DNA of 50,147 nucleotides from an uncultured Clostridia bacterium. GTDB lineage: Bacteria; Bacillota; Clostridia; Peptostreptococcales; Anaerovoracaceae. The stretch covers positions 1-50,147 of the forward strand of contig CALBZG010000119.1 of the NCBI GenBank assembly GCA_937889655.1. The letters run 5' to 3'. Below, in pieces: positions 18,261 through 27,436 of this stretch. The notes under the pieces were generated by a model. The model saw nothing but the letters and a program-made list of their open reading frames with translations, did not search any database and had not been told where the DNA came from. How positions within the stretch are numbered: position 1 is the first letter of the stretch; every line of letters begins with the position of its first letter. A program made the position numbers and the translations under genes.

Positions 18261-19490
18261 ATGTCGAAACTGAAAATAGATCCAAAGAAGTGCACCGGAT
18301 GCGGCGTCTGTGTAAGAAGCTGCAGCTTCAACGCACTCCGGATAGAAGATAATATAGCCAAAGTCAATGAAAATTGCACCCTTTGCGGCATTTGCACAGA
18401 GAGTTGTCCTTTTAATGCGATCAGGATCGAAAAAGAAAGCTTCGGGGGTATGGACGTCTCCCTTTACAGCGGGGTTTGGGTTTTTGCCGAACAACACCAG
18501 GGAGATATCTTACAGGTCGTATATGAACTGCTTGGTAAAGGGAAAGAGATTTCAGAGAAAAAGGTATGCCTTCTGACGGCAGTTCTCTTTGGCGAGAATA
18601 TTAAGGACGAAATACCAAAACTGTTTGCTTATGGAGCCGACAGGGTCATTTATTGCGAAGACCCTGCTCTGAGAATGAACTTGGAAGAGGACCAAACAAG
18701 ACTGTTAGAGCAACTGATTTCAGTGCACAAGCCAGATATATTTCTTTTTGGCGCCACTGGATTTGGACGATCACTGGCTCCAAGAATAGCCGCAAGAGTC
18801 GGAACAGGACTGACAGCGGATTGCACGCAGCTGGATATCGATCCCGAATCAGGATCGTTGCTGCAGACCAGGCCCGCTTTTGGCGGCAACCTCATGGCAA
18901 CGATCATATGCCCGGAGCATCGTCCTCAAATGGCTACCGTTCGTCCCGGCGTAATGCTGGCAAAGGATCCTGAGGACCTGGCAGATGCAGCAGCCGCTTC
19001 AGGGAAGAAACATGAAGTTATCTCATTGCCGTGGATCGATTCGGCACCAAATAAGCAGGGCGTCGAAGTCTTGCAGGAGATCCTGAGTAAAAGGGTAAAC
19101 AGTATTGCCGACGCCGAAATCATCGTTTCTGCCGGCAGGGGTATAGGATCTCAAAAGAACATGACCCTTGTAAAAAGGCTGGCAGAATTGATCGGTGCCC
19201 GGGTGGGCGTGTCAAGACCGCTGGTGGATATCGGATGGAGCGAGTACAAGAATCAAATTGGTCAGACCGGGTCTTCCGTTTCTCCGAAACTGTTGATCAC
19301 CTGCGGTATTTCCGGTTCAGTTCAACATCTTGCGGGAATTGGAAACGCTCATACGATCATCGCGATAAATAGCGATCCGGATGCAGCCATATTTTCTGTG
19401 GCGGATTATAAAGTGGTGGGAGATTGTGTCGAAATCCTCAAGAAGTTGATTGTTGCATTTGAAGAAGGGGATCTTAGTAGCAAGGTATAA
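18261..19490 (+). CDS. etfA: Electron transfer flavoprotein, alpha subunit with an N-terminal 2x[4Fe-4S] ferredoxin domain
   Basis: N-terminal CTGCGVCVRSC and CTLCGICTESCP motifs, then an EtfA body (GRGIG...RPLVD.GW...QIGQTG..V.P.LLITCGISGSVQH). Confidence 0.85.
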   Translation: MSKLKIDPKKCTGCGVCVRSCSFNALRIEDNIAKVNENCTLCGICTESCPFNAIRIEKESFGGMDVSLYSGVWVFAEQHQGDILQVVYELLGKGKEISEKKVCLLTAVLFGENIKDEIPKLFAYGADRVIYCEDPALRMNLEEDQTRLLEQLISVHKPDIFLFGATGFGRSLAPRIAARVGTGLTADCTQLDIDPESGSLLQTRPAFGGNLMATIICPEHRPQMATVRPGVMLAKDPEDLADAAAASGKKHEVISLPWIDSAPNKQGVEVLQEILSKRVNSIADAEIIVSAGRGIGSQKNMTLVKRLAELIGARVGVSRPLVDIGWSEYKNQIGQTGSSVSPKLLITCGISGSVQHLAGIGNAHTIIAINSDPDAAIFSVADYKVVGDCVEILKKLIVAFEEGDLSSKV

Positions 19491-19502
19491 AAGGTTATCA
19501 AG

Positions 19503-20081
19503 ATGAAAGAATACATTAGAGAATACCCGCGTTTTTCATTATGCGGACTCAATTGCGGGCTATGTCCGCGTTATCATACCGAGGGACCTTCCAGATGCCC
19601 CGGCTGCGGGGGCCCGGACTTCCATCTAAAACATCCGTCATGCGCGGTGATAACGTGCAATAAAAACCACGATCACGTGGAATATTGCTATCAATGCTCT
19701 TCATATCCATGCGAGAGGTATATTGGAGGCAGCGATACGGATTCTTTCATTTCTTATAGAAATGTTGCTTCGGATTTTGAAAAAGCGGCAACTGAAGGGA
19801 TCGATCCTTACAAAGATGAACTCGAACAAAAAATCGCGATATTGAATTTCCTTCTTTCAAATTTTAATGACGGAAGGAAGAAAAGTTTTTATTGCAATGC
19901 GATCAACCGACTCGAGATAAAGGATCTGAGGGAAATCATGGACAGCTTGTCCAAGGATGACGATAGGAAATCTGTTAATAATGTCGATGTTTTAAAAGAG
20001 AAAGCAGAACGCGCGTTGTCCTTGATAGAAAACAAAGCGGCAGAACAGAATGTTGATTTAAAACTCAGAAAAACAAAATAG
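19503..20081 (+). CDS. DUF3795-like cysteine-rich protein
   Basis: CGLNCGLCP...CPGCGG...CAVITC...CYQCSSYPC pattern. Confidence 0.6.
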   Translation: MKEYIREYPRFSLCGLNCGLCPRYHTEGPSRCPGCGGPDFHLKHPSCAVITCNKNHDHVEYCYQCSSYPCERYIGGSDTDSFISYRNVASDFEKAATEGIDPYKDELEQKIAILNFLLSNFNDGRKKSFYCNAINRLEIKDLREIMDSLSKDDDRKSVNNVDVLKEKAERALSLIENKAAEQNVDLKLRKTK

Positions 20082-20102
20082 CACGCAGCAGATTCGTTAT
20101 AT

Positions 20103-20858
20103 TTACAGATAGATTATTTTAAAAAGTTCCCAGCGGCTGGATATGTTCATCTTCTTGTATATATTCATGGTGTGCTTTCTAACTGTGTTGGAACTGATAC
20201 ACAACGCTTCGCTGATTTGTTGAACAGTCAGACCTTTGGTCAGCATTTTGGCAAGCTCCAGCTCCCGATCCGTCAGATTGTATTTGCCAAGATCATGGGC
20301 CATCAACAGTTCCGGCGCCCTGTTGAGTACTGTAATTGCATCCTGGTATAGACGCAGGGCAAGATGTTCTTTAAACAAGTCAAAAATGAAAAGTTCCTTG
20401 TCGGAAAAAGGTTTCTGGTTCTTCGTGCGGTAAAATGATAAACTGCCCAGAAACTCGCCATTCAATGCCAGACTGATCTGCGTGGAATGGTGCAGATCAT
20501 GAGGAATATAGAATTCTTGATAGCATTTATTTTTTTCTATGGCAGCTTTTGAAAAGAGATCGTCTTCACGGTAAACCATGCTTTTTGCCTGAACAAAGAT
20601 CCAACGTGTTGGGTCCTCATCTTCTATCTTTTCAAGATATTCTGTAAGAGCGTCCATTGGAAAGTTTACAGCTACAGGATTTTTGATCAAATGCTCGCTA
20701 TCCTTGTCAGCTAAATAGAAATTGCAGCACTCATAGGGAATGAGCAGCCTCACAGACTTCAGGAAGCTGAGGCGCATGTCATCCAGTTCATGAATGCTGT
20801 ATATCTGATAAATGATGCTGTTTAAAATGCTGATATCATTCTTTTCCAAATAACCCAT
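20103..20858 (-). CDS. LuxR-family transcriptional regulator (sensor domain plus C-terminal HTH)
   Basis: C-terminal LTDRELELAKMLTKGLTVQQISEALCISSNTVRKHTMNIYKKM. The N-terminal ~170 aa is an unassigned, GAF-like sized sensor domain. Confidence 0.8.
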   Translation of the reverse strand: MGYLEKNDISILNSIIYQIYSIHELDDMRLSFLKSVRLLIPYECCNFYLADKDSEHLIKNPVAVNFPMDALTEYLEKIEDEDPTRWIFVQAKSMVYREDDLFSKAAIEKNKCYQEFYIPHDLHHSTQISLALNGEFLGSLSFYRTKNQKPFSDKELFIFDLFKEHLALRLYQDAITVLNRAPELLMAHDLGKYNLTDRELELAKMLTKGLTVQQISEALCISSNTVRKHTMNIYKKMNISSRWELFKIIYL

Positions 20859-21140
20859 ATTAAGTATTGCCTTTCGACGGTTTTCAATTATTATACAACT
20901 ATTGGAATATCATATACAACTGTCATCCCTTCAAAACAAAAAGAAATACTTCAAATGGAGCATAAGATACTCCTCCTGTAGTCCAAAAAGATTAGGGAGG
21001 AGATTTTTTGATTATAAAAGATTACGAAGGTGCATCATTTCATTTTTCAGAATATTGTTATACCATTTGGTATGGTATTTTGAAACAATATTCAATATTA
21101 TGCCCGCATCAGGGGCACTGATATCAGGAGGAATCGAAGC

Positions 21141-22532
21141 ATGTATGACATCATTATTCAAGGAGGAACCATCATTGATCCAAAAACAGAACAGCAGACA
21201 ATAGCGAATATCGGCGTAAAGGATGGGAAGATCGCTGTGATCACAAGAGATGAAATCAGCGGTAAAGAAGTGATTTGCGCAGGAGGTAAGATCGTGTGCC
21301 CGGGTTTTGTGGATATCCATTCACATTTAAACTATTCTCTTTATGCCGCGTGGCTTTCTGTCAAGCAGGGGATCACGACCTGTCTTTCGGGCAACTGCGG
21401 TATTACGCCCAAACTACCTTTAAAGGAGTACCTTGATGATCTTGAAGCCATGGGGTATCCACTGAACTTCGCTACTCTTGTGGGCCATTCTTGGACACTC
21501 AGAGAGAAAGTGGGCTTGGAAGAACCTTATGCGACCGCAACGCCGGAGCAGACAGCAGAAATGGTAAAAATCGCGCAAAAAGCCTTGGAGGAAGGCGCCT
21601 TTGGGGTCTCTTTAGGGCTAGAATATGCACCGGGAGCAAATGAAGCGGAAATACTGCCACTGGTAGCGTTGGCAGCTAAATACGATAAATTGGTCCCGAT
21701 CCATATCAGAACGGACGCCCTCGATTTCGCAAAGGGGCTCAGAGAGGCCATCTCATTGACGGAAAAAACAGGAGCAAGAATACAAATTTCCCATCTAGCT
21801 TATCAATTTGGTGTACACCCGGAGGTGACGGAAATGGCGCTGATCATGATAGCCAATGCCGTAAAAAAAGGACTGCCGCTGATGTGCGATTCCGGCGTAT
21901 ATGAGGCCTTCGCAACTTTCGTCCAGTCGGCTGTATTCGACGAGGGCTGGTATGAGCGTTATAACTGTCAACTGTCGGATTTGATGATATCTTCGGGCAA
22001 GTATGTGGGGCAGCGCTGCACTCCGGAAATTTATGAATACGTCAGGAACAGTGAAAGCGAATCAGATACCATCGGGACAGCGTTTGTGGGCGTGCTGCCT
22101 GATCTGGGACTGGCTATCAAGCAGCCCTATACCATGATCTCCACAGATGCGGGACTGGTGGACAAGCCGGGTTCCGGGCATCCCCAGGATGTGGGGACCT
22201 TCCCGAAAGTGTTTGAAAAACTGGTGAGGGAACAAGGGGTACTAACCATGATGGAAGCCGTTAAAAAGTCCACACTTCTTCCGGCTCAAAGGATGGGCCT
22301 CGATAATAAAGGCTGGATCGGAACAGGAGCAGATGCCGATATCGTGGTCTTTGATCCGAAAACAATCAGAGACAATGCCGGGTATGTAGGAGTTGGCAAA
22401 CCCGACGCTGCTCCGACTGGTATGGAATTTGTTATCGTAAACGGCGTTGTGGTAGTCCGTGATTCCATAGCGCAAGAAGATAAGCTGCCGGGGAAAATTC
22501 TTCGTCAGCTAAACCATTTGTGGCATATGTAA
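21141..22532 (+). CDS. N-acyl-D-amino-acid deacylase (D-aminoacylase) family amidohydrolase
   Basis: MYDIIIQGGTIIDP start, PGFVDIHSH metal motif, and C-terminal GADADIVVFDP...VIVNG. Confidence 0.75.
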   Translation: MYDIIIQGGTIIDPKTEQQTIANIGVKDGKIAVITRDEISGKEVICAGGKIVCPGFVDIHSHLNYSLYAAWLSVKQGITTCLSGNCGITPKLPLKEYLDDLEAMGYPLNFATLVGHSWTLREKVGLEEPYATATPEQTAEMVKIAQKALEEGAFGVSLGLEYAPGANEAEILPLVALAAKYDKLVPIHIRTDALDFAKGLREAISLTEKTGARIQISHLAYQFGVHPEVTEMALIMIANAVKKGLPLMCDSGVYEAFATFVQSAVFDEGWYERYNCQLSDLMISSGKYVGQRCTPEIYEYVRNSESESDTIGTAFVGVLPDLGLAIKQPYTMISTDAGLVDKPGSGHPQDVGTFPKVFEKLVREQGVLTMMEAVKKSTLLPAQRMGLDNKGWIGTGADADIVVFDPKTIRDNAGYVGVGKPDAAPTGMEFVIVNGVVVVRDSIAQEDKLPGKILRQLNHLWHM

Positions 22533-22575
22533 GTGAAAGGCTTATATTATAAGAATAGAGAGGAGAAACAAAAAT

Positions 22576-23952
22576 ATGGATGCAGTAAGTTATGGGGCAT
22601 TGAGCCTGATCCCGATCGCCACAGTCATTATCCTGGCGGTGACGACGAAAAAGACCTTCGAACCTTTGCTGCTGGCCACCTTAACAGCGATCATCATCTA
22701 TGCCAAGGGAAATTTCTTTACGGAATTTGTTAACGGCGCTCTGGCGGTAATGGCGGATCCTACTATCGGCTGGGTTATTCTCGTTTGCGGTTTGATGGGA
22801 AGCCTTCTTTTGATCCTGGAAAAAGCCAATGCATCGTCTGCTTTTGCCAGAACCATTGAAAAGTTTGCCACTACAAGGAAAAGAGCCCTTTTCTGCACTT
22901 GGCTTTTCGGAATATTCCTTTTTATTGATGATTATCTCAATGTATTGACCGTTGGCAATACGATGAAAAAAGTAACGGATAAATTTAACATCTCAAGAGC
23001 GTTCCTTGCGTACTCTGTTGGTTCCACAGCGGCGCCCATCGTGGTCCTGGTTCCTATATCCACCTGGGCGATATTCTTTGCATCCCTTTTAGCTAATGAA
23101 GGCATCGTTGGGCCTGATGGGTCAGCGATAACAGCGTACATGCAGTGCATACCGTATCTTTTCTATGGATGGATCGCCGTTTTCGTCGTGTTGCCTTTGG
23201 TGATCCTTGGCGTTATCCCGTTGATGGGTCCTATGAAAAAGCAGGAACTCAAAGCCAGAGAAACAGGAGACCTGTTTCCTCCGGGCGTGATGCCTCCGGC
23301 TCCGGAAGAAGCTCATGACCCTTCCGTCAAACAAGGCGGAATTTGGGATTTTGTGCTTCCCCTGACGGTTCTGGTCGGCGTGACCATCGCAGTGGGAAAT
23401 GATGTATTAAAAGGAGTGATCGTAGCTTTAGTTTTCACTGCGGTGCTGTATGTCGGAAGAAAGCTCACCAATTTTACCGAGTATCTTGATCACTTTTGGG
23501 CTGGATTCGGCACTATGGTCCAGATTTTCGGCCTTCTGGTCATGGCCTTCATGTTTAAGAATGCTTGCGCCACTTTAGGCTTCACGGATTATGTCATCGC
23601 CAGCGTAGCTCCGTATATGAACGGTGGATTGCTGCCGGCCATCGTATTTGTCACTACCGCTTTGATGGCCTTTGCCATGGCGAACTTCTGGGGACTTGCC
23701 GCCATCGTCATCCCGATCGTTATTCCTCTGGCAACGGCAATGAATGTGGACATTTACCTTGCAGCTGCGGCGGTGTTCTCCGGCGCCACCTTCGGAAGCC
23801 ATGCCTGCTTTTATGCGGATTCGGCAATACTGATCGGAAAAGCAACCGATATTCGGCCTTTTGACCATGCCATCACCCAACTACCATATGCCATAATTTG
23901 CGCCGTACTCACGACGATATTATATCTGGTATTTGGATTTAATATTATATAG
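22576..23952 (+). CDS. NhaC-family Na+/H+ antiporter-type transporter
   Basis: About 12 hydrophobic segments. The FIDDYLNVLTVGNTMK block is typical of the NhaC family. Confidence 0.75.
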   Translation: MDAVSYGALSLIPIATVIILAVTTKKTFEPLLLATLTAIIIYAKGNFFTEFVNGALAVMADPTIGWVILVCGLMGSLLLILEKANASSAFARTIEKFATTRKRALFCTWLFGIFLFIDDYLNVLTVGNTMKKVTDKFNISRAFLAYSVGSTAAPIVVLVPISTWAIFFASLLANEGIVGPDGSAITAYMQCIPYLFYGWIAVFVVLPLVILGVIPLMGPMKKQELKARETGDLFPPGVMPPAPEEAHDPSVKQGGIWDFVLPLTVLVGVTIAVGNDVLKGVIVALVFTAVLYVGRKLTNFTEYLDHFWAGFGTMVQIFGLLVMAFMFKNACATLGFTDYVIASVAPYMNGGLLPAIVFVTTALMAFAMANFWGLAAIVIPIVIPLATAMNVDIYLAAAAVFSGATFGSHACFYADSAILIGKATDIRPFDHAITQLPYAIICAVLTTILYLVFGFNII

Positions 23953-23982
23953 CTTCAATGATCATCTAGGTTCATTGCTAAA

Positions 23983-24013
23983 ATGCCCCCTGATCCTTTA
24001 AGGCAGGGGGCAT
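23983..24013. terminator. Hairpin terminator between convergent genes
   Basis: ATGCCCCCTG-loop-CAGGGGGCAT. There is a short T-run on the minus-strand reading (TTTTAG). Confidence 0.6.
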
Positions 24014-24065
24014 TGCTTATACTTGTGGTATCTTCAGGTTTTCAAAGTCTCATCGTTCAATGGGA

Positions 24066-24995
24066 TCAGCCACAACGAGCCAACAGCTTTTCCCATTTTG
24101 AGTCAATGTAATTCTGGGTTTCTTCGATCATGCATTCGGTTCCGGGCTCAAACATATGGCTGAATCTGCCCTGCCTGATAAGGAAGTCTTCTACAGGCAG
24201 CTTTTTCTTCGGGCTGTAATTAAGCTTCCAGATCCCTTCTTCGATTTCATAGAGAGGCCATACGCAGGTTTCCACAGCCAGCTTGCAGATGTCCGCAATA
24301 TCTTCCGTTTCATAGCGCCATCCTCGGGGACAAGGGGACAGAATGTTCAAAAAGGCAGGTCCCTTTGTATAAATAGCCTTACGGGATTTTTCGTGAAGAT
24401 CCTTAAAATTACTCAGAAAAGTGGTCTGAGCCGCATAAGGGATGTCATGGGCGGCAACGATGGCCGTCAGATCCTTTTTGTTTTGGAATTTACCCGGGAC
24501 CACAGAGCCTACCGGGGTTGTGGTGGCATCTGCGAAACGCGGAGTCGAGGATGACCTCTGTATACCGGTGTTCATATAGGCTTCATTGTCGTAGCAGACA
24601 TAAACCATGTCATGCCCGCGCTCCAGGGCCCCGGACAATGATTGTATGCCGATATCGTATGTACCTCCGTCGCCTCCAAAAGCAATGAACTTATAGTTTT
24701 CCTCGATTTTTCCGCGCTTTTTCAATACTCTGTAAGCGGCTTCGACACCGCCTGCTGTGGCGCCGGCATTTTCAAATGCGCTGTGGATGTAGCTGTCCGT
24801 ATAGGCAGTATAAGGATATAAAAAAGTGGATACCTCAAGACAGCTGGTGGCATTGACGACCACCGCTTTATCTTCCGGATCAAGGGCTCTTAAGACTCCG
24901 CGAACAGCGATAGCGGCGCCGCAGCCTGCGCATAAACGATGGCCGCCCACAAGGCGCTCTGGTTTTGCTGCTTCATTTTTCAGATTGTAGGCCAT
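24066..24995 (-). CDS. Pyruvate / 2-ketoisovalerate-type 2-oxoacid:ferredoxin oxidoreductase, beta (TPP) subunit
   Basis: N-terminal CAGCG motif and GGDGGTYDIG TPP motif. Last gene of a gamma-delta-alpha-beta operon. Confidence 0.85.
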   Translation of the reverse strand: MAYNLKNEAAKPERLVGGHRLCAGCGAAIAVRGVLRALDPEDKAVVVNATSCLEVSTFLYPYTAYTDSYIHSAFENAGATAGGVEAAYRVLKKRGKIEENYKFIAFGGDGGTYDIGIQSLSGALERGHDMVYVCYDNEAYMNTGIQRSSSTPRFADATTTPVGSVVPGKFQNKKDLTAIVAAHDIPYAAQTTFLSNFKDLHEKSRKAIYTKGPAFLNILSPCPRGWRYETEDIADICKLAVETCVWPLYEIEEGIWKLNYSPKKKLPVEDFLIRQGRFSHMFEPGTECMIEETQNYIDSKWEKLLARCG

Positions 24996-26191
24996 TATTT
25001 AAGCACCCCCTCTTCCCTTTGTCCTAAATGTCTATAGATCTTTCCCGTTTGCCCAGTCTTAACGATACTTTCCAGTTCTCTAAAGATAAATTTAAAGTCC
25101 TCTACCCGGATATCCCGACCGCCCAGGCCGTAGACATAATTGATGGATTTAGGACGAACATCCAGATCGTATAAGGCCGAACGGGTCTCAGCGAAAAGAG
25201 GGCCTCCGCAGGCGGAGAATCCTTCACACTTGTCCATAACGGCGATAGCTTTAACGTGGGCTAACGCCTCGGCCAGCTCCTCCATTGGGAAAGGCCTGAA
25301 CACCCGTATCTTGATCAAACCAACTTTATTGCCGGAGCTGCGCAACTCCCTGATAGCCTCTTTGGCGGTGCCGGCGCTGGAGCCGATGACCACGATGGCG
25401 GTCTCAGCATCTTCCATCATGTATTCTTCAAAAAAGCCATAGCTTCTGCCAGTCAGTTTTTCAAAATCTTTCGCGACGGACAGGATGACGCTTTTTGCGT
25501 TTTTCATAGCCTCGGCTTGAAGGATCTTGTGATCCATATAGTAGGCGGATATGTCGTAGGGACCTACGGCAAGAGGGTTTTCTTTTTTCAGCAGATAGTG
25601 CTCAGGCTCGTAATGGCCAACAAAACGCTTCACATCATCGTCTTCCAACAGTTCTATATTTTCCACAGCATGGCTGGTGATAAAGCCGTCCTGACAAACC
25701 ATCACCGGCAGTCTGACCGACTTGTTTTCTCCGATGGGCATGGCCATTATAAAGTTATCGTAAGCTTCCTGATTCGACTCGGAATAAAGCTGGATCCAGC
25801 CGCTGTCCCGGGCTCCCATAGAATCGGAATGATCGTTATTGATGTTGATCGGACCCGTCAAAGCCCGGTTTACAAGTGCCATGGTAACAGGCAGTCTGGC
25901 GGAAGCAGTTACATATAGCATTTCCCACATAAAAGCCATTCCGGCGGAGGAAGTCGCTGTAACCGCTCTGGCACCTGCCGCCTGAGCAGCAAAACAGGTG
26001 GACATGGCGCTGTGTTCTGATTCTACCGCTACAAATTCCGTATCGACTTCTCCGTTGGCTACATAACCCGAAAAATATTGTGGGATCTCTGTGGAGGGTG
26101 TTATGGGAAATGCCCCCATAACATCGGGATTGATTTGCTTCATAGCAATGGCTACAGCTTCGTTGCCTGATAGTCTTTCTTTGATACTCAT
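24995..26191 (-). CDS. 2-oxoacid:ferredoxin oxidoreductase, alpha subunit
   Basis: GNEAVAIAMKQINPDVMGAFPITPSTEI block and a PorA/VorA-like length of 398 aa. Confidence 0.85.
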   Translation of the reverse strand: MSIKERLSGNEAVAIAMKQINPDVMGAFPITPSTEIPQYFSGYVANGEVDTEFVAVESEHSAMSTCFAAQAAGARAVTATSSAGMAFMWEMLYVTASARLPVTMALVNRALTGPININNDHSDSMGARDSGWIQLYSESNQEAYDNFIMAMPIGENKSVRLPVMVCQDGFITSHAVENIELLEDDDVKRFVGHYEPEHYLLKKENPLAVGPYDISAYYMDHKILQAEAMKNAKSVILSVAKDFEKLTGRSYGFFEEYMMEDAETAIVVIGSSAGTAKEAIRELRSSGNKVGLIKIRVFRPFPMEELAEALAHVKAIAVMDKCEGFSACGGPLFAETRSALYDLDVRPKSINYVYGLGGRDIRVEDFKFIFRELESIVKTGQTGKIYRHLGQREEGVLK

Positions 26192-26195
26192 AGGA

Positions 26196-26510
26196 TCAAG
26201 CTTCCTCCTTTACGAAGGTTATGGCATTGACAGGGCAGATCTTAAAACAGATACCGCAGCCTTTGCAATGCATCAGATCAAAATCAAGACGCCGACCGCC
26301 AACGACGGGGATCGAGCTGTCCGGGCAAAACGGATAGCACAACATGCAGTGAGTGCACTTTTCCTCATGAAAAATCGGCCTCATCGTTCTCCAGGAGCCG
26401 GTGTCAACAAGGATGGAGGTTCCACCCTCGTAGATTTCTCCGCCAGGTGTTAGTTTTTGCCATGGAGTCGTTTCGTTAATATCTTTTGCTCTTGTTGTCA
26501 TCCTGCACAA
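26196..26510 (-). CDS. 2-oxoacid:ferredoxin oxidoreductase, delta (2x[4Fe-4S]) subunit
   Basis: CTHCMLCYPFCP and CKGCGICFKICP motifs. 104 aa. Confidence 0.8.
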   Translation of the reverse strand: MCRMTTRAKDINETTPWQKLTPGGEIYEGGTSILVDTGSWRTMRPIFHEEKCTHCMLCYPFCPDSSIPVVGGRRLDFDLMHCKGCGICFKICPVNAITFVKEEA

Positions 26511-27127
26511 ACCTCCTCCAGGGATTTATAGATTGCTTTCATATTGCCTTCCACTACATGGGGTTTCGATGCAAATTTATGTCTGAAGGAACTTTCCATA
26601 TCCGCAAGAAATTTTTCTCTTTCAATCACATTGCTCACTTTTACCGTAGCAGCCAGCATTGGGGTATTCGGAAAATTCTTCCCCAGGGTTTCTTCTGAGA
26701 TCCTTCTGGCATCGATAGAGTATATCTTCCCTTTGTAGCCTTTCAGCAGTGGCCGAAGCTCGTGAGGTTTTTTATCGCTGTTGATGATGACGGCACCGGT
26801 TTCTTTTAAACCTTGGGTCACATCCACGGTCGAAAGCAGCGTTTCGTCGACAACCACGACATAGTCAGGGTTATATATATTTGAGTGTACGGAACATTTG
26901 CTTTCGCTTATGCGATTATATGCCGTGATGGGTGCGCCCATTCTTTCTGGGCCGTATTCAGGAAAGCCCTGTACTTGCTTTCCCGAACTGAACGCTACAT
27001 CCGCCAGCAGCAGACATGCCGTCTTAGCGCCTTGACCACCGCGGCCATGCCATCTTATTTCAATGACGTCTTTCTCCTGATTTTCCTTAAGATTGTCATT
27101 TGGCTGATTTTCAATTTCTTTCATCAT
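26498..27127 (-). CDS. 2-oxoacid:ferredoxin oxidoreductase, gamma subunit
   Basis: IRWHGRGGQGAKT...YGPERMGAP block. GGAG RBS. First gene after the T-box leader. Confidence 0.8.
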   Translation of the reverse strand: MMKEIENQPNDNLKENQEKDVIEIRWHGRGGQGAKTACLLLADVAFSSGKQVQGFPEYGPERMGAPITAYNRISESKCSVHSNIYNPDYVVVVDETLLSTVDVTQGLKETGAVIINSDKKPHELRPLLKGYKGKIYSIDARRISEETLGKNFPNTPMLAATVKVSNVIEREKFLADMESSFRHKFASKPHVVEGNMKAIYKSLEEVCAG

Positions 27128-27149
27128 CTCTGCTCCTTCTTGCGATACT

Positions 27150-27380
27150 GAATAAAAAAGCTTCCGTCCTGCAGAGGACGAAAGCTTAGACTTTCGCTAT
27201 ACCACCTTTAACTGCATACCAACATACGCGCTCCCTGTAACGGGGGAAACCGGCTAAGCTTACTGTTATTTCAGCTTGCGACTCAGGAGTGATTTTCGCA
27301 CATTATCTACTAGTATCGGGCTTCCACCTTCCCCGATTCGCTGTGACCTTTGAATAAGACTACTCTCTCCGTCATTGTCT
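27150..27380 (-). promoter_or_regulatory. T-box leader (tRNA-sensing transcription attenuator), probable Ile specifier AUC
   Basis: On the minus-strand RNA I see these elements. A K-turn/GA motif (AAUGA...UGA). An S-turn AGUA paired with GAA. An AG-bulge AGCGA. A distal loop GGUGGAA. A specifier loop GCGAAA-AUC-A-CUCC (AUC at 27293-27291). An F-box CCGUUA (27243-27238). The T-box sequence AAAGGUGGUAUAGCG (27209-27195). A terminator AAGCUUUCGUCC-UCUGCA-GGACGGAAGCUU-UUUUAUU (27187-27151), just before the RBS. Confidence 0.85.
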
Positions 27381-27407
27381 TTAATATTATGAAATTCATT
27401 ACAATTG

Positions 27408-27436
27408 ATGATAAAGTATGGACTGAGTTTTGTCAA
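27408..27436 (-). promoter_or_regulatory. Sigma-A promoter driving the T-box leader
   Basis: Minus strand: TTGACA (27436-27431), 17-nt spacer, TATCAT (27413-27408). Confidence 0.6.
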
